Part shown: positions 47,848 through 61,619 of the stretch, one piece after another
Layout: the number at the start of each line of letters is the position of its first letter
How positions within the stretch are numbered: position 1 is the first letter of the stretch
The notes under the pieces: model-generated
Seen by the model: the letters and a program-made list of their open reading frames with translations, nothing else
Told to the model about the DNA's origin: nothing
Databases searched by the model: none
Position numbers and translations under genes: made by a program
DNA from: Octopus vulgaris
Lineage: Eukaryota
Direction: 5' to 3'
Length of the DNA stretch: 64,000 bases
Assembly (NCBI GenBank): GCA_951406725.2
Contig: OX597818.1
Coordinates: 4,154,001 to 4,218,000 of the forward strand

Positions 47848-50130
47848 TTATATCCTTCTACACATTGGATGTACAGATTTCACAAAGCAGTGATAGACAC
47901 AACTGTATTCACACTACATACTTCAAATTACTCCACTAAACACAATACTCCAATAAATACAAACTTTCAATGATCTCAACGACTTCCACGAACTCACAAT
48001 GGCTCCTACAACTTCACCCTCTCAACCAATATGCTACTGTTTATAAGAGTTTGGTTAGTCCATTCTTCCTGTCGCATGGGGATGTCTGTGACTCTTGCCA
48101 CATCTCCCCTTTTGAGATTTACTTCCCAGGGAAGTTTAATATTTTTTTCCTTTTAGGTGCTACTTCCAACTGTTCTTTGTTTCCTCTTTCTTGTGCTGAT
48201 ATGCCTAAGTTCAACTTCTTGTCTCGTGTTGAACATCAAAGGTGTCATGGAGCGCTTCCATAGATATCTCTTTTCGTTTTTCCATATATCTATTTTTCAA
48301 CTGTTTTAAATGTCTTTTTTGTTCCCATTTTTTGCCTCTTACTATTTACATCATTTTGCCTTTTAGTTTTTGTTACTACTCTGTCTTCCCAACCTTCTCT
48401 TCCATTTTTATATATTTTGATAAACACCTTGTCAGCTATATTAGAATACTTCATTTTAGAGTTTTCCCTATTTGTTTTTCTTTCTGATAACAGCTTGTGA
48501 AAACTTGACTCTATTTTTCAAGCAAACATTAGTTCCGCAGGTGACTTGCCTGAACAAATGTTTGGGTTATCCTATAAACCCTCATGAATTGTGTCAATGC
48601 TATGTCATCAACTTGCTTGTTTCTTGGTTTCTTTAATGCTCTTTTAAATGTATCCACAAGCTGGTCCACTTGCCCATTTAATCTTGGGTGATATGGCGGA
48701 GTAGAGATATGATCAATTGCGTACATTATGCAAAAATTAAAAACTCCTTTGCTGTAAACAGAGTACCATTATCGGATACTATGGTGTCCAGCACACCATA
48801 TCTTGCAAAGAGTTCATAAAGAAATTCTATTGTTACCATAGAGGTTGGTTTCCTACATCTACATATTTCTGGCGACTTAGTATAACTATCTACTACAATC
48901 AGGTAATACATGCCATTTACTGGTCCAGCAAAATCTGTATGAAGCCTGGTCCATAGACTGTTGGTTTTAGGCCACAGTTGGGATTTTACCTGTGGTGACT
49001 TGGCTGCAAGGGCACAACCTCTGCAGGATTTCATTATTGTAAGCCAATAAATGTAACTTCTCATTAGTGATTTCATTCTCGAAATATCTTGGTGACCAAT
49101 ATGAAATTCCTTTTCAGAATTTTTTCATTCAACCTTTTTTTACTTTGCAATATGAGCTTTTATGTCCGTTTTTTGACAGTTAAAACATTAAAAATTTTTA
49201 AACAGACAGTTATTTTTAAAATGTAGACCTCCACACCCATAACATGGATTAGGTCTTGATCATCATTTTTCTATTTCCTTAGTCATTGCAGGTCAACAAG
49301 CATGTATGTGAAAGTAATCCTTTTCTTTGATTTCATTTGCATCATGTCATAGATTAATAATTCTCTGACATTCATCTGCCACTGCCTGCAGAGTCAAATT
49401 CTTGTCCTGTTCTAATTTTGTCAATATCCAGGCACATATCTCTGTTTGCAGTTAACCCTTGAACAAAAATTAGACATTTGAACATGTCCAGAGTTAGTTC
49501 GTTTAGTTTGAATTTTTCACATTCTCAGTTGACAATTCTGGCATAGGTGATGAAATCTTCATCATCTTTTTTTACTAAATTCCAACACTCCCAGTGAGTA
49601 TTGAACACAGAACTTCCCACACTGAAAATTTTCAATAACAATTTAATTGTTTCATTGAAGCATATTTCACATGTTTTTTTTTTGGCAGAATGTTGTTACA
49701 ATATTTTTGTGTTTGGTAAGGGATAATTTTCATAAAAGTAGTCATACTTTTTCATTGTCTCTACAACTTTTGCTCTCCTATTTGAAGATTTTTTCATATC
49801 TTCAAATATGCAGAAAGTAATAACTTCTTCTGGGTTATAACAATTCTGCTATTGTGTTTGCTACGCTGTCTGGCAAGAATTCCAACAACTGTTGGTATCA
49901 TTGTTTTTGTTGTTGTAACTGTTGTTGCTGTTGCAACTGCACCATGGAGGCTAATAAGTCTACCATGTTAACAAATTTTTTTTTGATTTTGTATAAAAAA
50001 AAATGTTAATGTCTGACATAAGCTTCAAATAAACTTGTCACCACTTTTATATCCTTCTATACATTGGATATACAGATTTCACAAAACAGGGATAGACACA
50101 ACTGTCTTAACACAATACTCCAATAAATAT
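47848..50130 (-). mobile_element. Internally deleted Gypsy LTR element (gag plus integrase only)
   Basis: LTR repeats at 47848-48102 and 50047-50130. PPT AAAAGGGGAG. PBS-like TGGTGACAAG at about 50035-50044. IN motifs WTRLHTDFAGP, VVDSYTK, IVSDNG and NGQ.D. Gag has a poly-Q start and a CEN.KL.ELT.D.FKCLIFVQG motif. Confidence 0.82.
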
Positions 50131-50134
50131 AAGC

Positions 50135-52800
50135 CTAACTTTTCTCTTAAGATGCTTACACTCCGTTGAACATGCACCCTGACATTGCAAATCCAGCAAA
50201 GCATACTGGCTTCATTTCTTTTAAGCCTATGCATGTCATTGGCTGTCACAGCTCATATTTCACTGCCATGTAATGCATCATACACTCTGAGAGATAGGCC
50301 CTTTGTTTCCAGCAGAGGTATGAGCTCTCTGAACTTTGCCCAGCCTAATCTTATTCTCACTGACCTCCACCACTAACTTGGTCACCTAGATAACAGAATC
50401 TATTTACTACCTCTAGCTTGCCCCTCTGGCAGTTGATGGAATCTATTTTCTGCACATTTTCAGCATATAATGTCTCTGTGAATCTTCCACATGCAAAAGG
50501 TATTTTCCCTGTTAGCCTTCCTCTGATATTGCTAAATCTTTTTTGTGCCCAACGCTTACACTGGGTGCATCTTATGGAGTTTCTACCTATGCCTTTTCTA
50601 CAGATTGAGCAGGGCCATATACCTGAAGGGATTTGTGATTTGTCTGCCTTTCTACTTACTAAGACTTTGGTTTTGCTAGGTAAAAACAAAGACCCTTTGA
50701 TTCTAGTTCTTGCTTCCATATCTGAAACTTCTCCATTTCTGGTAGTGATTCAGTAATAAGAGCAAGGTCATTAGAATAGAGGAGCTCCCAGGGGCAGCCT
50801 GTCTTAAATTACTGTTGTTGCCTGGAGGACTATGATGAGCAAGAGGGGGCTAAGAACTGATCCTTGAATCTCTACGTGTACTCTGAATTCTTCACTGTAC
50901 TCATTGCCAACACTCACCTTACTGGTAGTGTCCCTGTACATAGTTTGTACAGCTCTCACTAACCACTCATCCATCCCTAGTTTCCACATTTACCACCAGA
51001 TAAGGGATCAGGAAACCTTGTCAAATGCTTTCTTCAAGTCAACAAAAGCCAAGTACAGAGGTTTATCTTTGGCTATGTATTTTTCCTGCAGTTGCTCTAC
51101 CAGAAATTTAGCATCAGTGGTGCTTCTGTCTGATATAAAACCAAACTGCATCTCATCTAAACTAACTCTCTCCCTAATTAGTTGGGCTATGACTCTCTCT
51201 GTAACTTTCATCACCTGATCCAACAATTTGATACCTCTGTAATTATTTCTATCTGAGGCATCACCTTTACCTTTGCGGCAGCTGACAAAGGTGCTGCTAC
51301 ACCAGTCATTGGGTACGACTCCTTCATTTACAAAAAGGATGACTAGAGCATATTTTAAGCATCTCAGCAGTGATTCTTGATGGGCTAGGTGCTTTCCCTG
51401 CCTTCATATCCTTAATTGCTTTATCTACCAGGGTACTGTCAATTCGGGTAATTGTCCCTCAATTGGGTCAACATTTAGCAGTCTCTCCTCCTCCATTCAT
51501 TCTGGATATTCAGCCTTCTTTCATAGCAGTATCTCTAAGCCTCTTTCTTTGCAGAATCATTAAATGCAAGTGCACCATCATCTTTGTGGACACATTTTGC
51601 ACCTATGACATCACAATTTTCTCTTACACACTGTCTTGCAATCCAAAATACTTCAGTTCTTTGGTCCTCATGTTGCTGAACATAGGCAAACTTCTTTTCT
51701 GCTTCACCTTTGGCTAGATATACCTGTCTCTTAGCTGCCCTTCTTGCTATCTGATACAGTTCCCTGCTACTCCCACTCTTCCAGACCAGTTTCTTTGCTC
51801 TAATGGCCCTGTCTACCACCACATTACCCTAGGTATCGAAGGGACTTTGCACTAGCCACAGATTTGGTCTGTGGCACTCAATAAGCTGTCCCGCAGGAAT
51901 TCCCACTTGCCCTCTGTGTTACAAGTCAGTAGCTCCTCCTCCCACTCATCAAATTTCTCAATTAGGATGTCCCTAAATCTCTGATCATATCAAGAGTCTT
52001 TAAGCTTTCAAATCCTTCATTTCCAGGTTGGTCTGCTTTTCAGCATCCTTCTGGCCTGGAGTCTAAAGTCACTAATGATTAGTCTATACTGGGGGGTACA
52101 TTCTTCACTAAGGAGGGTTTTGTATTTAAGAGCAACCATGCATCCCATTGTCTGGTGAGAATGTAATCAATCAGGCTAGCACAATCACCTGGCTGGCTTC
52201 CTGAAGTTGGTGTTGCAGATCAATAGCTTATTTGCATTACAGAACCCCAGTAGCCTTGTTCCCACTTTGTTTTGGGAACCAATTCCATGGAAGATACCAG
52301 GCTGTCTTCCGACATGGCCGTTGAAATCCCCAACCACAAAGATGAGATCATTGTCACTTGTCATTGAGGTAGCCTGCAGAATATCATAAAAGTGGTCCTT
52401 CTGTTCATTTGGCAGGCCTGCTTGTGAGGTTTAGGCAGAGATAATTGTAGCTGTACTATTCTGAAAGCTTAAGCACTCTATCGCACACTCTGACTACTTC
52501 TATGGCTTTATCTACCCATTTCTCTGCAAGAAGTATGCTCACACCACCTACTCCATCACTATTGTCTTCCCAGAATATTTTATACCTATGTGCCTTGCTT
52601 GTGAGGAACCTGGCTGAAATTCCTCTCCACCTTACCTCTTTGATGCAGCATACATCAACACACCTCTATTCAAGCATCTCAACAATCTTGCTAGACCTAT
52701 ATTTCAATGTGCCTACAGTGATAGTGCCAACTCTAAAAACTGGCAAAGGGATGTGGGAGGAAACATGAAAAGGAAAGATGTTATGCAGCACCTGAAAAGA
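50135..52800 (-). mobile_element. RTE-like LINE (same family as 29876), degraded, with APE, RT and PHD-like finger
   Basis: VGTL.Y..., DVCCI.EVRW, GDFNGHVG, IDYIL, LDQVMKVTERVIAQLIR and PCSICRKG.GRNSIRCTQC motifs. Confidence 0.9.
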
Positions 52801-52829
52801 AGGTTTCCATGATTGTTTGATAATAGACA

Positions 52830-54299
52830 TGTCACATTAGTTGTTCTTGCTTTTAACCTATCATCATTCAAACATGTTATTCTTTGATAACCTTAAATAC
52901 ATGCCTAAAGAAGTCACACAACTCGACCACAGATGAAAGGATGAGTGTATATCAGCAGAAGATCATGCATGGATATGTTAGCATTGATCATCAAGGCAGT
53001 CTATCATAGACCAACAACCAGATTACTAACTCCCATTTTGAAGGGTATGTGTTTGCAATTCAGGAACAAGAAATATCAACCAAATAACTGAGGCATAAGA
53101 GGGACAATGACACAGGAAAGGCAGCAAAATGTGATAACCAATGCAGACTTTGTGGAGTTAATAACGAAGATATCACCCACATCATAAGCAATTATACAAA
53201 AATATCATCACGGTATTATCTACCACTGAGACATGATTCTGTAGCTAGGACACTATAAAATACATATGTGGAACTATTGAGAAATTTACAGCTACTCTAT
53301 CCAGATTACAAGTTCAGGTTTATACCTGTAATTATTGGGGCACTGTGATATGTAACACACTGTTTAAATACCAATCTTGAGAAATTAGGCTTCTCAAAAC
53401 CAAAGAGGAGAAAGCTGATTCAAGGACTACAGGTCCAAGCCATTACTGGGACTGTAAAACTTTAAGGATATATGAGCATGTCAAGAATACATACATAAAA
53501 CAAAACATATAAATCTGCACATATACATACATACAAAAATACCCTGTTGATGTCAAAATTCCAAAGAAGGAATCTTGGATCTAGGTGAAAATACTGGCTC
53601 TTTCTCTATTGGCAAGAAATCTTGAAATAAAACTGAATAATGACATGCATACATACATGATGTTGTAGGTAGGACACTGTATAACAAGATCCATCAAAAG
53701 GATAACCTTGAGGACAAAGAAATAAGAACCCACAACAGGGTGGAAGCCATAGCCACTCATACTAAAAAGGAGTACTGGTGAAATGTCCCAGTGAAAACCT
53801 CAATAAAATGTAAACACAATAGAGCTTATATAATGATTTGGGATAGAGAAGAGAAACTATGTAGTTGAGAAAATCAGCTGCCCAGTGGATGTTAACATAA
53901 AGCTAAAGATTAGCAAAAAAGAGAATACCTATGATGAACTATTGAGAAATCTGCAGTTATATGTAACACACTACCTAAATACCAATATTTAGAAACTAAG
54001 CTTCTCAAAACCAGAAAGGAGAAAGCTGATTTGAAGACTACAGATTCAAGCTATCACTGGAACTGTAAAAGTCTGTAAAACTTTCCAGAAGTTTATTATT
54101 TAAATATATATAAGAGCATGCCTAGATATGTAACTATATATATATGAAAATATATATAAAAAACAAAACATACAAATCTGCACATATACATACATACAAA
54201 AATACCCTGTTGATGTTGCTGAGATTCCAAGGAGCCTTGGATCTAAGTTTGAAACCAGCTTTTTCTCTATTGGCAAGAAATATTGAAATAAAACTGAAT
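52830..54299 (+). mobile_element. R4/Dong-like REL-endonuclease LINE 3' relics (duplicated 3' end)
   Basis: EGYVFAIQEQEI.T, CRLC....E.I.HI, RHD.VA, I.IWD...K, ISCP.D.NI..K..K...Y..L and IP.IIGAL motifs. 3' end with AATAAAACTGAAT at about 53630 and about 54290. A further fragment lies at 55705-55840. Confidence 0.75.
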
Positions 54300-54729
54300 C
54301 ACACACACACTTACAAGGAAAAAGAAAAAAATGCTTTGAAATTCATCATGGCTAAAAATGTTACCAGTTGGAATCACTTTAAAAACATGATTTAATCATA
54401 CTAAAATAAAACTGAAAGTAAATTGAAATTAAACATGTTTTCCTATCAAAAAATCACACCCTTCTCATTGTTGCTAGGTGGTAGTAGAAACAGTTATTGC
54501 AGGAGCAGCTGTCCAGGAAAGAAGCAGCATATATGGCAGTGGCAGGGTGTAGCAGTTGTGAGCCTAACTACAAGTGGTAGTACTTATGGAAACCTTAGCA
54601 AAGGCATTGTATCCCTTTCTCTGTCATAAGTATTTAAATGTGGTTCAAATTGATTATGAAGGTTCCTTCTTTGATGATATATTGATGCACTGCTATGAAG
54701 TTATGTAATCACTAAATTGATATAAAGGA

Positions 54730-55000
54730 AAAATTATAAAGTTTGGATGTTTCTTAACTGCACGTGTGTCTATATATTTATGGAGTCATATTTGTCTGTA
54801 TTCCCATATTTTAATTTGCATTCTGAAGTCTGGCATATTCATAAAGAGTCTGCCATTTGTCTTGTGTAATTTTCTTTACATTCTGAGCATGTAATTGCAT
54901 AAATTAGTTTTCATATACTTAGGTAATCTTATTTTTCATTGTGAAGAGTTCTCCTCATTTGTAATGAATCTTGAATCCTTCTGCAAAATTAAAACTTAAT
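54730..55000 (-). pseudogene. Penelope GIY-YIG relic
   Basis: LIYAITCSECKENY.RQ...L......H motif on the minus strand. Confidence 0.5.
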
Positions 55001-55609
55001 CTAAAGGGTTTGCGGAATAATATCCAATGCAAGCATTTGTAACATGAGACTCTTAGAACTGAAGGATACACTAATTTTTTTACTGTTGCTATTGTGTGAA
55101 GTTTGGCCTGTGTTGGTAATTTTTTCATTGATTTGGGTTGTCTGGAGGATTGGTTGTTTGGAGAATTTGATTCAACCTGAGGTCCTTTTTCAGTATTGAT
55201 ATGTTTTGGAATATGACAATGTAAGTCTCAATGTTTTGGTAATTGTAGGCAGAAGTGTTTGGTAAGACCCTTGATTCTGACTTATTTCTTTGTTTTGTTT
55301 AACTTAGTTCCTGGATATTGAATTTCTTTATTCATTGTATTCCATTATCTAGGCATCTTATGATACAAATTTTTATCTATGATTGCACATTTCTGAGATG
55401 ACTGATTCATTTGAGTATATTCAACACAAATGTAGATACAGTTTCATGCAGTTCAATATTGATAGTTATTACTCTAGTATATCTCCAGTATTATCAAGTA
55501 AGGCACTAATTTTTGCAATGAAAAATTCTTTTTTAGCACCTAGGGATATTGATATTCTTTTATACTCATATTTTGTACCAACCAGCCCCAAATGACCGAG
55601 CCAGAAGAG

Positions 55610-56570
55610 AATCATCAATCAAGCTTAGAGAAACAACCCTTGAAAGTATGGATCACTTTTCTTATCTTGGGAGTCATTTCTCATCAAATCTTGACCTGAG
55701 CAATGAGATTTGGGACAGAGAAGAGAAACTGTGTAGTTGTGGAAATCAGCTGTCCAGCGGATGTTAACATAGAGCTATAGATCAGCAAAAAAGAGAATAC
55801 CTATGCTGAACTATTGAGAAATCTGCAGTTATTCTATCCATAAGATTCAGTATCATCTGAAGTGTGCTGGAACTGCCCTTAGCTGTCTCTACTACAGAAT
55901 CTTTCAAGACTGTGACATTAGAACCGATACCAAAATGGTCGTGTACAAACAGTGATCATCCCAACACTCATGTACGTATCTGAAACCTGGACAACATCAT
56001 CATCTGAAAACATTAGAAAGAAAAGTTTCATTAAAGATATCGTTGAGGTATCCTGAACATTGGCTAGGACAACAGAGGAACAAACATCAGCTTCTTGAAA
56101 ACAGCCAAAACAACAAGCACCATCAAGAGTCAACTGTGATCGAGTGGGCATGCTGTTTGAATGTCCAATGACCGTTTACCAAAACAGATCTTCTATTCTC
56201 AGCTGAAAGTAGGAAAAAGGACAAAAGAAGAGATACAGGGATCTGTTGATGGCCAGCATGAAAAAATGTAACATCAACTTTAACAACTGGGAAGAAAATG
56301 CAAATGACCAAAACTTCTGGAGATCCATCATCTGTGAAGGAACAACTTCATTAAAGACAAACAAATGTGAAAAACTGGAAAAAAAGCAAAGAAGAAGGCA
56401 TGACATGCAACTCCAACCCAGACCAGATCTCCCCCAAGGAACAACTTTCCCTACTTCCAGAAGATAACTTCAGAGCCTGAATTGGACTCATCAGCCACCT
56501 TCAAATGCACCAACAACCTAACATGGACTAGAATGAAGACCATCATCCTCTGAAGAAAGAGGGATAACCA
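55610..56570 (+). mobile_element. RTE LINE 3' relic
   Basis: LE..DHFSYLGS, VIIPTLMY..ETW, W.GML and RLPKQI.YSQL motifs, plus a C-terminal GL.SH region. Confidence 0.65.
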
Positions 56571-56924
56571 TGATGAGAAGATGCTCAAGTTATAGTTTGA
56601 TGTGAAATTATAGACCAGGGAAGACAGAACTAATAATTGCAATATTACAAATGGGATTCAGCAACTCTATTCAAATCATGAATATATTTATTGCACTGTT
56701 TATATGGTAACTTCCCTGATCTCTTGGGTGGTGTTCCAGGATGATACATTGTTTATAATTCCTAAAACTGGTAAAGTGTGTATTAAAAGGATAAAGACGA
56801 TATAACAACTATGGACTAGGCATTACAGTAGAAAATAATCTTAAGAGCTAACTTCCTTGGCGTCACCTTAGACCTTATCTCTGAGTTATTCTACCCATAT
56901 TATGTAAACTGCTACTCCTATGAT

Positions 56925-57600
56925 GATGATCATCATCACCATTGTTTAATGTCTGCCTTCCATGCTAGCATGGAATGACCAGTTTGACAAGAGTTGGCCA
57001 GGCAGCAGACTACACCAGACTTTTGTGTCTGTTTTAGCACCATTTTTACAGCTGGATTCCCTTCCTAACACCAACCACCAACAGAGTGAACTGAGTGCTT
57101 TTTATGTGGCACAAGCATAGGCGAGGTCAGTTTTGGCATAATTTTTAGAGCTGGATAGCCTTCCAAATGCCAACCACTTTACAGTGTGGGCTGGATGCTT
57201 TTTATATGGCACCAGCACTAGCAGGGTCACCAGGTAACTTGCAATACAAAGATCCTTTGAGAGGGGGGAGGTGATCTTGTGTCAGATGATGAAAGATTAG
57301 AGTGTGACACAAACAAGTGTCTTGCTGTGGAGGAGGTACCTGGTTACCCAGCCAGAGGGAGAGAGAGAGGGAATGAGGATAAACACAGGTGTGCTGCTGT
57401 AAAGGAGATCTATAGTTACCTAACCTGGGGGAAGAGCAAGAGAAAGAGAATAGGAAGCAGCAAGAGTGCAAAAGAGAGGTGGTAGTGAAGTGCCGGGGCA
57501 TACTCACAAGGAACAAGGATCAGAATACTTTTGGCATAGTAGAGTAAAGGAAGAGAGAGATAGATGGTGGGATAAGTGCTGGGCCATATCCTGAAGGTAC
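56925..57600 (-). mobile_element. 3' UTR of the 29876-family RTE LINE; 57187-57330 is duplicated at 57915-58060
   Basis: catcatc...gtttaatgtc.gc.ttccatgctagcatgg and cagctgga..cccttcctaac.ccaacc are the inverse of 31790-31940. Confidence 0.7.
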
Positions 57601-57741
57601 AGAGATCTATCCTAGAAATATGATCTCATAGTAAAAGTGTCTCCACTAGAATTTCTTATCTATCAACTGATGAAATTATCTTTAGGTAACATTCTCAGTA
57701 TTATAATGAGGCACTCAATAGGGATTATTATTATTGATCTG

Positions 57742-57880
57742 AAGGTGGAAAGTGGGCAGAACCGTTAGTATGCTGAGCAAAATGTTTAGTGACATTTTGT
57801 CCATCTTTATGTTCTGAGTTCAAAATTGCTGGGATCAACTTTGCTTTTCATCCTTTTGGGGTTAACAAAATAAGACCATA
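57742..57880 (+). mobile_element. SINE family A copy (truncated)
   Basis: ggcagaaccgttag...gagttcaaa...ctttgcttttcatccttttgggg. Confidence 0.7.
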
Positions 57881-58064
57881 AAATACAGGCATTCTTTGTT
57901 CTGACTGTAAAATCCTGTGGGCTGGATGCTTTTTATGTGGCACCAGCACTAGCAGGGTCACCAGGTAACTTGCAAGACAAAGATCCTTTGAGAGGAGAGG
58001 GAGGTGATCTTGTGTCAGATGATGAAAGATTAGAGTGTGACATAAACAAGTGTCTTGTATGGAG

Positions 58065-58810
58065 GAGCAGTCTTATTTATGAAATTGTTTTCCTCCATTT
58101 CCAGAATTATTTTGTCTAGTTCCTTTCTGTAATTGGGTATTGGATCGATAGGTAATTCTTCATGTGAAGTTTTGTCACTTAAAACTTCTTCACAAGCTGA
58201 AATATACTTACTTTTGTCTATAATTACAGTAGCACCTCCCTTATCAGCCATTTTATAACAATAGAATCATTATTAGCTAGACAACAGAATGTGTAATGCT
58301 GGGAATTTGTGAGGTTATCCCAGGACTTCTTTCTACTTGTTTTAAGGCTTTCCTTAATGCCTGTCTGACAAGATTCAAGGAATTCCAGAGTGCTTGTAAA
58401 TGTCCATCCCAGATAACAATTGAAAATCATTTCAGTCCAACTATGGCAAATTTGATCATCATCGTTTTTAATGAACATAGGACTTTTTGTTTCCTCATTA
58501 TCATTTTTTTCAAAAACATATTCCTTCAGCTTGTGATGATAGACAAAGTGACATAACCCTTGAGCTAGTTTATTTTTGTCGAAAGTCTTAGTGCTTGGGC
58601 AGAAACTCAGTCCAAGCTCTAAGATAGAGATATGGTCCAGTGAAAGTTTTAGCTTAGATAAATCTATCTCTAGTGTGATGGATTTTCTCGGGCAAGTATT
58701 TTTCACAGTCTTCTGACTATCTTTTGGATTTTGTTCGAATTCTTCACTTAAAACATGGAACCAATTGTGTGATAAAAATTGTTTTGAATGTTTATGTGAA
58801 AGTCATAACT
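58065..58810 (-). mobile_element. Penelope-like fragment (same family as 43167)
   Basis: LELGLSFCP and SIVIK.ADKGGATVIIDK..Y motifs. DNA similarity to 45700-46200. Confidence 0.75.
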
Positions 58811-61441
58811 CCAACCATCCACATCACATAATTTGGTTAAATCCGAAATCCCAATTTTTTAGGATAAAACAGATTTATATTGATACATGTTACTACAACC
58901 AGGTTTTTGCCAGGTTATAGAAATATGTTGATTTTGCTTCAGCTTCCAGAGTCTTGGGATTTAACTGTTTATAGAAGTGGCTGAAAGCAGCAATTCCTTC
59001 AGGTCATAGAGATTTCAGTTGTAAGTTTAAAGTTTTGTTTGGCCGTGAGATTTTGAGCTTTTAAATATCCCCTTCTTGTTTTGCATCTGATGGAAATCTG
59101 AGGGATGGAAATCATGGTCTGGGTAGAAGGTGTGTAGTTTTCATTTTATGTAGTGTTTTCTTTGTATGGATTTTGATGGCTGATTTTTTTTCAAGAAATG
59201 ATTGATAATGGTTTGCTTGTTGTTGCAAAATGAGTATGTTATTTGAGGTTCTTATTTTGAGACCAAATGTTATGCAGTTGTTGTTGATGAAGATGATACT
59301 AATTACTCTAATGATTAGCCATTTGTTTTATGGTTTATGGTAAATACAAATGTAATTTGTTTATTATCTTTGCTATTTCTTTGTTCGTTCATGCTGAGTT
59401 TTATTTCTGCTGAGCACGATGCCTGGTTACAAGTGCAGGCATGACTGAGTGGTCATCAAGTTTCTTCTCAACCACATGGTTTCAGGTTTAGTCCTATAGA
59501 TCATGATCTTAGGCACATCTACAATAGAGAAGGGCCAACCAAAGCTTTGAGAATGGATTTGATGGATGGAAACTATAAAAATATTGGTGCGTGTGAATGT
59601 GATCACTTGTACTAAAGTGTGGCTGGCAGTGTTGTCAGTTCTTTTCAACAAGTTATCTTGGTCACTTCATACTTTCAGAGTTTTATGTGGAATAAGAGAT
59701 CCCATACTAGAAAACCAGTTGAGGGTTAGCATTAGGAAGGGCTTTCAACTGTAAATCCAATGCCTTAAACAATGTTTGGCAAATTCATGCAAGCATGAAA
59801 AATTGGATATCAAAGAAATGAATGATGATGGTATATTGTGTTAGAGTTTGTACTAGATTTTTATGAGGTTGGCTATTTCTGATTCATAAATTGGGTTGTG
59901 TTCTTAAGTTGCCTTGATATACAGTTTTTTTGAATGGCTCTGTAATTATTTTGTTCAAAGTATGTGCTGCAGTATCTGTGTTGGTGTCTGTGGTATTATT
60001 GAATTCTGAAAACTTTCACCCTGTTACTAGTTGAAACTCATTCCACTTTTCTTTTTCTGATATACAACTGTATTGTGATAACTTGTAGGTAGCTAGAAGT
60101 AAGTTAAGAAATTAGAAATAGATGATGTCTGGGAAAGAATTGTTATTGCTGGCTTTAAGAGGTATACATATGTTGATGTAGGTTATTCATCATGTAAAGT
60201 GATATTTTAGTGCAATATTGTCTTATTATCTGTACTAATTGAAAACCAGGTATACATCAAATTATGTTGTATACATCAACATCAGGTATACATCAAATTA
60301 TGAAAGAATGTTGAAGTATTGCAAATGTAGTTTGTGTGTATAACCTTGTGAGGCAAAAAGTGAACTAAGTGGTTATATGTACATGTTTATTCTATTAGTG
60401 TGCTTCCTGTTACTGGTTATATTTTGAATACCCACATTTCAAGTGTAGTGTTACTCTCTATTAATTTATGAATGTCACTTGTGGAGTTTATCTTCTGGGT
60501 TTGTGATGTGCTCTACCATTGGATAAGGTCTGTTTAACCTTTTCTGTTTTTTAGTTAAAACTTTCTATGGTACCTGAATTATTGCTATATGAATGTTGTA
60601 CATGATAATTTTTGTGTAATATTTACAAAGGTTATTTTAGAGTGCGATGGATCTTTTTTTAACGTAATTTGTGCAGAACATGTAACATCAGGAAGGGAGA
60701 TAATAATACCTCCTTTTTGTTGTCTTTCTTATTGTTGTTGCTTCTATATCACATATTTATGAGAGTTTGTTTAAATCCAGATAATCTATATTAAACAGAC
60801 TTATGATAAAAGACATTCTGACCACAATCATCCTGTCTTTTTATGAGTATCTAAACTTACACTGTACAATGTTCCCTTTCTGTATTTTAGATGATAGGAC
60901 ATGATTTGAGAGAGATTTGACAATTATTTCTTGCAGATTAAGTGATTTCATAGATATTTTGTAATTAATTGATGTTGTTCGATTATTTCAAAGTTTTAGA
61001 GATTGTTTCATGCAAAGATATTATTTTCTTGGTATTCTGATGTAGAAGACCTTTTTATTGATTCATCCATTCATACTTAAATAATAAGGAAACTAGTCCG
61101 AACAGAATTTGTGGATTTTTTAATTACAATTTCTTGAAATTTAAATAACAAATCATATATCAAAGCAGACTTCATGAAGAGATTGTATACAACATACTAA
61201 CAATTCAATAATTATTTTAGAGAAGTTCTAAGTTCAAAGAACAGGGCAGAACATATTAAATGAAAAATTAGTTCTGCAGAGTTAGCTATATTTTATGAAG
61301 CTGGATATGTTTTTAGTTTAATTTAAAATATACCAGCTTCATTTTCCACGAAGGTTTATAATAAACAGAACTATAATCATTATCTTAGTCTTATTAACAT
61401 AAGTTAATTATTTGCACTGCTGGTATGTTTCAGACAGCAAT

Positions 61442-61619
61442 CTAATTGGGTAACAATTGAGAAAACTCAGCTAGTGAAGGTAAGTAATAATCTGGGTAAG
61501 GGTTTTCATCAGAAGGATTCTTTTCAGCTTCCTGAATGTCCTCTAAATTTGAGATGCCACTCAATACTAAAAGTGATTTTAATTTATGGTTTTTAGCAAA
61601 AGCAATATCAGTATTCAAT
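61442..61619 (-). CDS. PGP: Terminal coding exon of a HAD-IIA phosphatase (phosphoglycolate/glycerol-3-phosphate phosphatase, PGP/PDXP-like)
   Basis: Strong acceptor (tctcttctctattttgcAG, phase 2), then (R)LNTDIAFAKNHKLKSLLVLSGISNLEDIQEAEKNPSDENPYPDYYLPSLAEFSQLLPN*. This matches the GDRLxTD...LLVLSG...PDYY..SL C-terminus of the family. Candidate AATAAA at 61054-61059. Upstream exons were not found in the window, and the exact paralog is uncertain. Confidence 0.88.

Noticed and set aside
58900-60600. Possible further Penelope or LINE relic
   Set aside because: There is strand-biased composition but no motif could be read with confidence.
61434-61485. Apparent plus-strand micro-exon (tttcAG...AAG|GTAAGT)
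   Set aside because: It overlaps the minus-strand PGP-like exon, whose translation has clear family motifs, so the splice-like signals are probably coincidental.
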